A model generated the notes under the pieces. That model was not told where the DNA came from. It searched no databases and worked only from the letters and a program-made list of their open reading frames with translations. A stretch of DNA of 62,721 bases, counting the filler, from Atractiella rhizophila (lineage: Eukaryota), in the NCBI GenBank assembly GCA_021432655.1. It is 3 parts of 3 records of this genome, joined end to end, with 100 filler letters (N's around TTAATTAATTAA, not from the genome) between each part and the next. Parts side by side here need not be neighbours in the genome. Positions count along the whole stretch, not along the records: positions 28,643 to 57,090 come from MU271733.1; positions 57,191 to 62,721 come from MU271801.1; 1 more part is not named here. One strand, written 5' to 3'. Below are positions 51,331-62,721 of this stretch, in pieces (the stretch's first letter is position 1; each line of letters opens with the position of its first letter). A program made the position numbers and the translations under genes.

Positions 51331-54300
51331 GCAGGAGTATTGGTGAAAGCACAATGGCGTTTGAGGTCGGACTCTAGACTCTCATATCACTCTCACTCGC
51401 AGTACCTGACGCTTGTCTTGGACACGACAGAAGCCTTCTCCTGCCATGCTACCATTAGATTGCGACGATTTGGGGCTGTACCAGATACCAGCCATCAACT
51501 GCTGCATAGAGCAACAGAAGTGGCACCTTGCCGCGAATTCGAAATGAGGCATCATTCACCACTGGAATCGAGGGTGAAAGGGATGAGGACCCTTGTTCTT
51601 CTTAGGATCGAGTCCAAAGGATTAGAGGTAGCGCGCATGTAAGAGCATTTAAATGTATGTCGTTCAAAAAACAACCGTGATCGGACGGAAGGACAGGATG
51701 CCTGGAGTTTCGTTGAATAATGAAGAGTGGTGCATTGAACTCGGGACTGCGCTGGCGACCCTTGCCTTACTAGCAGGCAAGCTCTTTGCCTAGTATATAA
51801 TACTCCCATGCAAGTGTTCCCTGCTCTGCCGCTAAGTTGGGGAGATAGCAGCGCTCTTCCCGGATTGAGTCATTGTTTGAGTGAGATCAACCCAAAGTAA
51901 AGCTTCCAGAGGTTGCGCCTGGTGCGCTCGATAAGACGATCACAGCGTCTTCGGTAACAACACTTCGGTGCGAAACATATGATAAATCGATCGTATAGTT
52001 GCATACATACATAATCCCGTCCAACGAGCCTCACAACACACTCCTTCTTGGTGCTCTTACCATTCTTCCCCAATCACTCCCATCACTCCAACTTTGGTCA
52101 ACACTATAAACGCGAAGAGAGGTCTTACCCGGGTGGAGACTCTGCTTGAGCTTCTCTGCCTTCTCGCCATCAGCAAGCGCGAGTGTGCAATGGTATTTTG
52201 AGTATCGGATCTTGGACTTGGTGATCGACGGAATCGAAGGCTCTGGATTTCTTGATGGAGGGGGGGAACTGAGGGTCTGGCGCTTGCGGGGGATACGTAC
52301 GCTTTATGCGAGCGGCTGCATCGTGGAGTTATCCGTTATGGGAGTGAGGGGGAAGGAGAGAAGAGGCGCTTGGCATACTTTCATCGAGCAATATCAAGGA
52401 GCGTGTACTGGCAAGTTTCAGATTCCGGTACCCACAAATGGCAAACACGAACAGCCTCATGTGCTTAATTCCCCTGCGTCACCAGTCTAATGTCGCCGCT
52501 AAACCAAGCCAACAAGAGGGCGGAAGATTCCAGGCTAACTTGCAGTTCGCACTTGCTCAATCGTAGAAAGGGTTCGCACCATACGACCAGTATTTACTCC
52601 TCCTGATTACTCCTCCTTCACTAATCAGCTCATCGTCCGCACGATGTCGGTGACACTTTGTGAGGCTTGGAAGTCGATGATCGGTGAGGGAATGAATGGA
52701 GCGGCTAACCTTGCAGAAAGCGGGATCGACTACGTCATTCAAGTGAGAATTGGCGATGTGGTATTCCTTTATTCCTTCCGAATCCACAGCGCCAGCTCTT
52801 CCGTTGACTGCGACCAGGTCTACCATCCGTTCCCGCAAAGCGCCTCGTCAGCCGTCCACACCGCAACTTGTTTGACTCCATTCCAGCTTCTCTCCTTCCA
52901 CAACCCACAGCCATTTCGTCCTTCCCACCTCGCGGTCCCAAACCACTCTCCCCCACGCAAATGCGAAACACCCTTCGGCTCCTCACCAACCACTGCCTCT
53001 CTCCACACTCAAATCCTACCTCCAATTCCACGTTCTGTGCCGTCTCCTTCGCCTTCACTTTCACTCGTGAGGTACTGCACCCCGACGTACCGCAGGTACT
53101 CCCACCACGTACACGAAGCGGATCTACTCGCACCGCGCGAGCAAATGCCCCAGGATCTCTCCACCTCTTCGCTCTCCTTCCTCCTTCCCTTTTGTCCAGA
53201 TAGAGCCGCTAGAGCAAGACGCTTTGGCAGAGGGAGGTGTTGGGATAGCAAGATGGATTAGTCGAGGTGGGCTTGGTGAGAGAGAAACCGTAGGAGGACA
53301 GCGGCCAGGTTTTTGTTTGAAGGAGGTGTGCTGAGGAGCAGGGGTTGAGGAGCATAGGGGCGGCAAGTGCTGGAGAGGAGGGGACAACATCGCACTCCGT
53401 ACACTCTGTCTGCTCTTTCGCCTGCAGGACATCGCATAACTGACCCGCAGTCCTCTATAGGACATTGGCATGGACGCCTCTCTCCTCAACCTGTACACCC
53501 AACATCCTGCCCTCCCCTATCCTCCCTCCTTCACTTTGACAATTTGGCGAGGGACTCGTAGAGCGATCCACCTTTCGCTTCCGCAATTGAGCTCTCTGGC
53601 TTCCCCAGCTGGCTCGCTGGAACCATTCGGGGAAAGGGCTTCCTCATTCTCTAATGCCTTTGTCAGGAGAGGGGACGGGCGGGATTCCGGATTGAGCAGG
53701 AGGACGGGAATCCCATGGAAAGTGGGAGTAGATGGTGCGATGGAGAGGTGTTGTCGCGGAAAGGGGTGGGGGTGGGGGTGAGAGGGTGAGGATGGATTGA
53801 AGAAGGGTATCCAGGAGGAGGAAATGGAGTCAAGAAGGGAGGTCGCATGGTAGAGAACCGGCGCAGCATTGATGCTGCTTCTTTCGGAATGAAGAGTACG
53901 AGCCAGCGTGATTTCATGAGAAGACGATTGAGTGGCACTCTGGTCGACGAATGAGGGATGAGGAGATGGAACGGGGAAGGGAACACTAATCTACTTTGTT
54001 ATCAGTCTTCCTTCCTTTACACTCTTTCGCGTTCACAACGCTGATCCCATGCGATGCGATGGAGCAGGACGTAGGAGCTGACATTGTCGACTCTCTCGCG
54101 CGTTTTCTAAGGGTGGACGACTCTCAGCTTCTCGTTAGCAGTGCCAGCTTCCCCCGAATCTTCACATATATGATAAGGTAGGAGCATGAAAAGACGAAAT
54201 CGCACGATTTGTACGTCTCCCTTTCCTAGGGCGAGTGGGGATTGATGACAGTGGCTGCACGCAGATTGTGGACGGACGGCCCATCCAAAAGCGATTCGAA

Positions 54301-55226
54301 AGATGGCCCACCTAACGCTTCTCGCTGCCGTTCAAGTTTCAAGCCCTGCTGTTCTCATATCGCCCTATATCAGGTCACGAAACAGCTCCATTCTTCAACA
54401 GTCCTAGGAGAACTCATGCAACAGCCCTCGTCATGATTCCTTTCGGAGGTTATAAAACACTTCCCATTTTCCAGCGCGACCTCCCTGTTGTCATCCATTG
54501 TGTTGGAGTGCCATTTTTCGTGGGATTGTCATCTTCTATCCAGGCCTACATTGCTATTGCGCTGCTGCTAGATGGATTCGGAAACTAATGAAGGATACTG
54601 AGTGGTTAGGGACATATAGCTGAAGGCGAAGCCGAAGACAGAGAGAAGAGGGAGCCATTTGCTGGATGTCATTTGTGAGTAATTCAGACTGCAATATCTT
54701 TCAAACACACTACTCTCAAACCCAAACTGAGACTGATGTTTCCTCTTCAAGCCCTTCTACTCCGCCAAATGGTGCGAACCTCTCAACTCCATCATCTCTC
54801 CTCTTGTCTCCTGCTTAGCTTCTATCCACGAGGGAACCACCGCGGGATTCATTATCATGTTCCCTTCCTCCTCCAACAATTTGTGAACTAAGTCAAGTCA
54901 ACGGGTCATTGCAGCGTGGGTAAGGGGAGCAGTATCAAACCGAGGTGTTCAAGACTGGAGGTACGGAAATCTTTGCTGCCAGCCAGGTTCAACGTCCGTT
55001 CCCCACATCCACCGCTTAAATCACTTCATTCATTCTCAGAGTCGCCTTCTGCGCGCGCCATCTTGAAAACCTGTCGTCGTCCTCCTGAAGTCCAAGTTTT
55101 CCGTTTGAATAACAACGCCGTTCTATCACCAACAACAAACGATCCATCTGTCTCCCGATTCTCCTTCATTCTCCCAAGAACTTGTTCATCTAGCTAGTAT
55201 CGCTGCTGGGGGGATCTTTGTCATTC

Positions 55227-57090
55227 ATGGTCTCAGTTGTTAGGATTGGAAGGAAGATGAGAAGGAAGATGAGAAGAATCATTTGGATGAGGAGGAAGAT
55301 GAGAAGAATCATTCGGATGAGAAGGCTGACAATGAGGATGGCAAAGGCATATGATGTGATTAAGGCACAATTTATTCTCCACCTTCAGCTTCCTTCCAAC
55401 TCTAATGTGGGTTATGGGGATTAGTCTGCCGTGTCTTCTCAAAAGATGAAGGCACTTGTCCATGTCATTGCCACAAATGACTATCTAGATTTGATTTACC
55501 TCTCCATTCTTCCATCTTTCCTATCTCGCCTCCCTGCGTCAGCACGCACCCTCCGGATTTCATACGGTTCATTGGGTTCCGAGTGGAAACCTGAAACGCG
55601 GTCCTCACAATTGTCCGATTTATCACTTGAACGGGTCAAAAATGTGGTCGACAAGGCAGGTGTAATCAATCTTCACGTTACCATCGACAGTGGAAATGTC
55701 ACAGTAACCTTTTTGGAAGAGCATGCATCGGCTGTCGAAAGAGCAGTCAAATCAGATGTCGACTCCCTTGCTTCATATGGTGATTCATATATCGGCACAT
55801 TTCCTTTCTCTTGCGAGAATGCCATATTCGCCCCCTTATCACAATATGACTTAAGATTCGTCAGTGGTAAGGAGGCCCTCTACAGAGCTAGCATCATCCA
55901 ACTCTCTGTCCCACCTCCAGATTTTATTCCAGGCTCCATCTTGCGCTTGCCTGTGCGGCTCCTCTCTCGCATATTTAGGTTCCTCGACGACCGTTCCCCC
56001 TTCTCTAGTGTGTGCAAGCTGTGGAGGGAAGTTTCAGCTGCTTATTGGCGCGAACCCCATTCTGAGGCAGAAAAGTATGAGCGGTTGAAACGCTATCCGG
56101 GTGCGGGGCGTCTGTGGAACAAACTGAGGCTTAACAAAAGCATGGATGCTGGGATCGTGAAAGAGCTCATTGCAGGCTCACCGAATGTCTGGAAAGTGGA
56201 TATCAGTGCATTTTGGAATGAAGAGGAGGCGAAGATGGTGTTGAATGCAATCGAAGGCTTGAAACAGGTGGATAACGTCAGGTTTGAAAGAGGTTCGACA
56301 AAGTGGAGGAAGGAGGAGATCGAGAACTTTGTGCAGAGGATGGGTGACAGGATCAGACGGCTCAAAGTTTACGATGTGGAAGACTCTCCCGTTTCAGCCT
56401 CAGCAGATCTTCACTTATCCTCTCGCCTCGAATACCTATGGCTAGCCAAGTACCCGCCTCTCCCATCGCTCTCCCTTCCACGTACCCTCCGGCACCTCGA
56501 ACTCTGCAATATGTGTCCACTCCCTTCCTCCATCTCAGACTACCGTCTGCCACCTCTTCTGGAAGATCTCACAGTCGTCCTCGCCTCCTTCTCCGCCAAT
56601 GTAAAGACCTCCATCCTACTCTCTCCGTTCGACTTATCGCACCTCACACACCTCACTTACCTGATTCTTGACGGGGGCGAAGAAACGTCAAACCTCGTTT
56701 CCCGCGAGTTCTTCAGCACCCTCAAAAATGCAAAGTGGATATGCCGGATAGAACTCCGGTTCTGCGTGATGTATTCGTCCGACTTCCCAGACTTCATCCG
56801 CTGGTTCTTTGGGGATTGGCGGGTGAGGGGGATCGAGCAATGGGTTGATAGAAAGGCGATAGGTAGGCATCTTGAGGTTCGTTTATTCTTTGGAGAATGG
56901 AGCGAGGACGAGATTGTGATTGCGCGGAGGACAATGGGAGATTGCACAACGGGCGTAACGACTTCACGTTCAGGTGTTTGGGAGCCCGGGGAGGGTACTA
57001 GTAGTCGTGAAGGCACAACGGGGCTTGACGCCCGACTCCGGGACGACTGGTCACTCTCACTCTCAATACCTGACCACTGGTTGTGGACAC
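55227..57090 (+). CDS. F-box/LRR protein (open into the gap)
   Basis: RLPVRLLSRIFRFL..VCKLWR; full LRR region; putative exon 1 55227-55364. Confidence 0.88.
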
Positions 57091-57190
57091 NNNNNNNNNN
57101 NNNNNNNNNNNNNNNNNNNNNNNNNNNNNNNNNNTTAATTAATTAANNNNNNNNNNNNNNNNNNNNNNNNNNNNNNNNNNNNNNNNNNNN
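57091..57190. other. Gap with artificial TTAATTAATTAA linker
   Basis: N runs plus spacer. Confidence 0.95.
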
Positions 57191-57261
57191 ATCATATCAT
57201 CATCCCTCTGGGTCGCTGGTTGAGTCGCCTCATAGTCTTCCTGTGTCATAGGTATCTCCAT
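57191..57261 (-). CDS. N-terminus of a TQ-cluster protein (possibly Rad53/Cds1/Chk2-like), cut by the gap
   Basis: MEIPMTQEDYEATQPATQRDDDM has 3 TQ motifs; MCB-like sites upstream. Confidence 0.4.
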
Positions 57262-57308
57262 GATCTAGTCGTTTTTACTGGGTTGTGTAGAGGGAATCAA
57301 TGGGCTCT

Positions 57309-57389
57309 ACGCGTTTGAAGCTCGAGTTGGTGGTGCCAGTGTTTCTGATGTTGGTCGTTTTAACGTGGCGTGTGATGAATTCGCGCGTC
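57309..57389. promoter_or_regulatory. MCB-like elements
   Basis: ACGCGT 57309-57314; CGCGCGTC 57382-57389. Confidence 0.45.
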
Positions 57390-57657
57390 TTTTGTGAGGG
57401 GGGGGGATGAAGACGAGGAAGGGAGACAAGGGATGCTGACAATAGTGTTGGTGTTGGTCGAAGAAAGTTCACGTCGCTGCTAACTCAACTTTATTTTTCC
57501 TTGTTTCATTCGGAGCCGACGCAGCAAACAGCTACGTTCTTCTTTTTTGTCACTTTTGTGGGGAGGAAAGCGGTTTCGGCACGCTGAAAATTGCAGAAAA
57601 ATGCATTACAAGTAGATGCGAAGAAAAGTGTTTTCTAATCCCGGCCGAATGCAGCCC

Positions 57658-58270
57658 TCATTCCGCCGCCGCTATCTTTTGCTTGCTCAGCTTTTTCATC
57701 CGTCGAATGTAGCTAAAATGGTTGGCATAAGTATGAGTCTCTGTGACGCCAAATAGAATCTCACTCGTCGTATTGGCACCTATGAAACGGGAACATAAGG
57801 GAGTGCGGAAGGGATGGAGAGCAGGGGCTTACTGTTCGTAGGTGTGCCTTCCAACCAGAATGTAGGATTAGCATTTGAAGGCTAATAGGACCAGAAGAAT
57901 GCCAAACCTCTCATGACCGCACTCTGCATGAAGCGTTAGCTAGCTTGTCCAAAGAAAGATGACGGGACAAAACTCACTCCAATTTAGGTAGTTGTTCTTC
58001 TGACGACATTTGTTCAAGTCGATTAGAAGACTTCCCACGATACCTGAGTCAAGACATTGGCTGAAAAAACAAGGAACGCACGCAGAACAAGCATCGCGAT
58101 ACCTTTTTATGTTGCAGTGAGTCTCGGTATTTTTTGCAACTGTTTAGAAAAAAATCTCACTCTAGAGGAATTCTATGCTTTACGGCATCCTCCCTCGTCG
58201 CCATGTAGCTTCCTTCGGCAGCAGTCATGATTCCAAAGCTTTCTTCGTCGTTGCCTCCACTTGTGCTCAT
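57658..58270 (-). CDS. NDUFB7: NADH:ubiquinone oxidoreductase B18 subunit (micro-exons)
   Basis: Spliced MATREDAVKHRIPLEYRDACSALLIDLNKCRQKNNYLNWKCGHERHTYEQCQYDDYIRRMK (twin CX9C); start codon uncertain. Confidence 0.9.
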
Positions 58271-58464
58271 GATTTGGCCACGTGATAGTGGCGCAGTGCG
58301 TCGCAGTGTCGCAAGCTTCATTTGGCGACGGTGACACCTTCGACTTGTCTGCCTTTGTCTCACTTTGCAGCGTCAGAAACCCTCGAAAGTGCCTGCAGGT
58401 TTACTGAAAGGTTCGAAGGAGCGCGCAAATAAACTTGAAAGAATTACTGAAAGTCGTTCGAGAC

Positions 58465-58470
58465 ACGCGT
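58465..58470. promoter_or_regulatory. MCB element in the MBP1/NDUFB7 divergent promoter
   Basis: ACGCGT about 60 bp upstream of the ATG. Confidence 0.4.
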
Positions 58471-58527
58471 ACCGCCTTTTTCACCCCTCGACGTGACCGC
58501 GACTTCTATCGCGCTCCCATTGAGAGA

Positions 58528-60774
58528 ATGGCGTCCACGATCTTCAAAGCGACTTATTCTGGTGTGCCGGTCTACGAAATGTGAGTTTTCGTACTGAATT
58601 CGATGCCGACCCCTTGTTGAAGGAGTTTATATCGCGCAGGCCGTGCAAAGGAGTCGCGGTGATGAGACGGCGCGCGGACAGCTGGATCAACGCGACTCAA
58701 ATTCTCAAGGTTGCGGGTTTCGATAAGCCCCAGAGGACTAGAGTATTGGAGAGGGAAGTTCAGAAGGGAACACACGAGAAGGTGCAGGGAGGATATGGGA
58801 AGTATCAAGGTACGTCACGTCCTATTTCGAATGCGTATAGAATGTATGCTGATTTCAGGCGCGCGTATTGAAGGAACATGGGTCCCAATGGATCGAGGAA
58901 TAGCTCTCTCCCAACAATACGGCGTCGATCATCTCCTCCAACCAATCTTCGACTTCGTCCCCACTCAAGATTCTCCACCGCAAGCTCCGAAACACCTCAC
59001 TGCTGCACCCGCGACGCGAACCAAAAAGACTCCATTTGAATCCAACAAAGTGAGGAGCGCAGCCCGTCGGTCGCCTTCTCCCTCCACGCCACTCCTTCCT
59101 CCTCCGGACATACCTCAAGATCGCGACTCTCCAGCCCCTTCCGAGGAAAAATCACTCTCACCAACGCCAAGTGATGGAGAATCTGAACCATCAAGGACGC
59201 CAAGTCCTATCATGGAGGATGGCGACTCGGACGCAGGCCCAGGGAAGAAGAAGGGGAAGAAGAGGAAGCGGAAAGCGCCAGCGGCTCAGGGTCCAGTTCC
59301 TGACTTCGAAGAGGGACATAACCATAAAGTCGGATCCGAAGCATACGGCAACATGATGCTTGATTACTTCGTTTCGGAATCCACCCAAATCCCTGCCTTC
59401 CTTATCAATCCTCCGCCCGACTTTGATCCCAATGTTCCAATCGACGATGACGGCCATACCGCCTTGCATTGGGCCGCGGCTATGGGTCGGATTCGCGTCG
59501 TGCGCCTTCTTCTCACTGCCGGAGCAGATATCTTTCGTACAAATATTAGTGGTCAAACTCCACTGATGAGAAGCGTCATGTTTTCAAACAACTACGATTT
59601 GAGGAAGTTTCCGGAACTTTTCGAGTTGCTGCAGAGATCTACTATCAACCTTGATAAGGCGGACAGAACCGTATTTCACTATATCGTCGATATAGCTTTA
59701 CAGAAGGGGAAGACGCATGCAGCAAGATATTACGCTACGGTGGTCCTCGAGCGCTTATCAGCATATCCTCCCGAAGTCGCGAGCATCTTGAATTTTCAGG
59801 ATGAAGATGGAGAGACTGCACTGACGTTGGCTGCAAGAGCGCGGAGCAAGCGTTTGGTGAAGATTCTGTTGGATTATGGAGCGGATCCACGAATTGTCAA
59901 TCGAGATGGGAAGAGCGCGGAGGACTACATCCTCGAAGATCAAAGGTATCGAGCTCCTTCGGCTGGCCCGCATTCTGGAGTTCACGTTCCCGGTCTTGGT
60001 CCCTACATCCCCCAACTGCATTATTCCGAAACGGGACAGAGGATCAGTGGCCGATGTATCCCGCAAATGGTCGAGATGCTCGAGAACCTTGCTCACTCTT
60101 TTGATACCGAGTTGGAGGAGAAGGAGAGGGATCTCAGTCAGGCGACGTCGCTGTTGACGAACATCCGAACGGAGATCTTGGAGTCGCAGAGGAAGGTGAT
60201 AAAGCTCAAGATGCAGGCGAAGCAGTTGGATGTTATTGAGATGAAGGAGAAGGAGTTGGAAGCAAAGCTAAAAGAAAAGATTGGGGCAAGGTTCAGGTTG
60301 GGATGGGAAAAGTACATTCGGGACGAGGACGCGCGAACAAAGGATTTTCTCCAGAATGGCGACCCGTCTGATCCAAGGAACTCAGACCTCATTGATATAC
60401 TTAAACCTCGTGATTCTCCGACACTACGGGTGGAAGAAGAGACACTGAAGCGGGATCTGAAGGATTTGAGGCTGAAAAGAGATAATCTAACTGATATGTT
60501 CGTAACCCTTCAGAAGGAGTCAGGTTCCACGGAGAAGATGAACGAGATGAAGAAAGTCATTTCTCTCGGCTGTGCGGTAGATATCAAGTTGGTTGATACT
60601 CTGGTGGACGAATTAATTCTGCATAAGGACGACGGGATATTCGGTCTTGGAGATATCGATGGGGCAGGAGAACTAAATGGTGGCGCGTTGGGGGGAATGG
60701 CGATGGAGGTGGATCAGCATACGCTTGGCATCAGTAATGCCAATGGCTTAGGAACTGCAACTCTCGGTTTCTGA
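58528..60774 (+). CDS. MBP1: MBF/SBF DNA-binding subunit (APSES plus ankyrin repeats; Mbp1/Res1/Res2 family)
   Basis: [54 protein letters not shown]; two introns. Confidence 0.95.
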
Positions 60775-61166
60775 ATTATGGGCATTTGTTCGATCAGTTT
60801 GTCGCGTAAGAAGTATCTCAGTTCTTTCTTTGCATTGATGATAAGGTCAAGCTCGAGTTTGAAACATGCAGTAGATATTGTATTATAATCTGTTGCCTGT
60901 TGTGAATCAAAATCATCTTAACATGCACAACAACTTATCGACCATTGGTTCATGGGAGAGGAAAAGCGAAAGAGTTCTTTAAGATGGATATGTGCCTGTA
61001 TGACAAGAGCGAAAGCTCAAGTTAAGCTAAGATTGGCCATAAGTTGGCCGCTGCTAGATGATATCTTTTGAACACAAGTCACAATTCATTTCACCATGTT
61101 CGATGGATCGAGAATGCAATGGTGAATGAGTGTCGATTACCAAGTTATAAGCGCAAAGAAAAAAAA

Positions 61167-62721
61167 TTAAGGACAGAGGTTCTGGTAAGCATAAACAGAA
61201 GAATCGCTTGCTTTGATGTTCAGGAATTCTGATCCGATTTATTCAGCTCCTGTGACACTGGCATGACGACGACATGAAATCTTACCGGCCCTTCCATCTC
61301 CATTTAGGTCTGCGAATTGGATGCCCCAGCCACCTGGAAGGCCAGAAAATGTGTCTCCGGAGGCTAAAAGGCGAGGCGGGAAAGGATGCCTGCAGAAATC
61401 TGTTCAAATTCCGGGACGAAGAAGCGTAAAACACAAACCAGCCCCAGTCGCAAAAATTGCGAGTGACATCTGTGAGGCAGCCCGGGTCCTTAGGCCCAAC
61501 GTTGATCATTAAGTAGACTTTGCCTCCTTCCCGATCGACAAGAAGGTAGTCTGCGCGACCATCTAATACGCCAGTTAGATGGAATACAAGTTCGAAAGAA
61601 GAGAAAGTAGACCTCCGGTAACATCCTTCAAGATAATTGATTCGCGAGTAAAGCCTGGTCATCATTCAGCGGCCTGCGCACTTTCGACGAATCAGAAGGG
61701 TACCTGCTCCAGTTGCGATAACGCCCTTAGGGTACCAAGCCACTTTGCAAGCGTTAGAGCCCGCATCTTGGGAATGATGATTGTGGTACATGGTAAGCGC
61801 TCCAGCTGTAGGATGAATCCAAATGTATTCTGCTCTTCCGTCTCCATCCATATCAGCAAAACGGACGCCTAGTTACGGCGCGAAATCAGCTTGAGTTAAA
61901 ATCACGTAGCAATTAAATACCTGCTCCATCGTAGACGTTTCCATCGCCAGTGGGAATTCCAGAAGCAATTTCATTCTGTGCAATCCAGTTTCGGTATAAC
62001 TTATCTTGAGGTTTACCTGGGTCCCGTCCAGGCAAGATATCTAAACACGTTTCAGCAAGTGGATGAGCAAAAGAAGTTAAGCGGACCGCCATTGAGGTAG
62101 CAGTCGACAGCGCCGTTGGGTTTGACAATAAGAAAACTATTGTCTTCTTCAGTTTCTAGTTCTAATGAGCAATAGCTTGCGTACTCTTCTCGCTTGTCGC
62201 CATTCATATCCGCGAAGTGAATTTGTTGCCTCGTCGCGCCAGCACCTCCCAGAATTTCGCCTGATGGCTCCCAGACATCGAAATTGCTGTCACCATAGTT
62301 CCAGTATCCTTGCGTTTTCCCATCCGATGCGACGTAAAGGTAGTCTGCTCGGCCATCTGTAGATGCAAACGTCAGAATCTTCAAGGAAGAAGAGGAACTA
62401 AACATGCCACCGTCGAGATCGGCAAATCTTACCCCAGAGCTCTTATCACTCTGCAGGCTGCAACTCGCGCCATATTTCTTGTGATTGACCTCCTTCCCAT
62501 CCGCTGTAGTGCAGACGCAGTTGTTATCGTCCTCAGGGCTGCCCATTGCTCAGTATATTATACAAGGAAGCCAAAGCTCTTACTCATTCAGGCACGCAAG
62601 CGCATTACTTCCTAGTGCTCCATTCGGGCCATTACCTCCACCATTTGCTATCCAACCTCTGGGATTCCAGTCAGGTAGGGAGTCGCACTTTTCTGGTGTT
62701 CCTAAATTTGTTGGGGTTTTT
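61167..62721 (-). CDS. FG-GAP/VCBS-repeat protein, C-terminal part
   Basis: Repeated FAD(L/M)(D/N)GDGRA(D/E)Y motifs across exons; ends YAYQNLCP*. Confidence 0.8.

Noticed and set aside
1..62721. CRISPR arrays, tRNA, rRNA
   Set aside because: None recognised; the sequence is eukaryotic.

Overview
Intron-rich fungal (basidiomycete-like, inferred) genomic scaffold with three N gaps; two of them carry an artificial TTAATTAATTAA linker, so adjacency across them is unproven. Core genes: a DUF6533-like and a DUF6534-like membrane protein, a cytochrome P450, IDI1 (with a tandem partial duplicate and a 654-nt highly structured intron), NDUFB7, an Mbp1/Res-type APSES-ankyrin transcription factor and an FG-GAP/VCBS-repeat protein. 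Accessory content: a degenerate AGC kinase; a PD-(D/E)XK plus kinase gene split by a PIF/Harbinger MITE and an apparently intact hAT element; a pogo remnant; and the 3' end of a chromovirus LTR retrotransposon that carries tandem covarying RNA structures and an antisense, spliced Zn2Cys6-like gene. The 32-57 kb region is a segmentally duplicated array of F-box/LRR genes whose predicted exposed LRR beta-strand residues vary strongly between copies while scaffold residues are conserved, a candidate SCF-based recognition system. All calls are by eye; no database searches were run.
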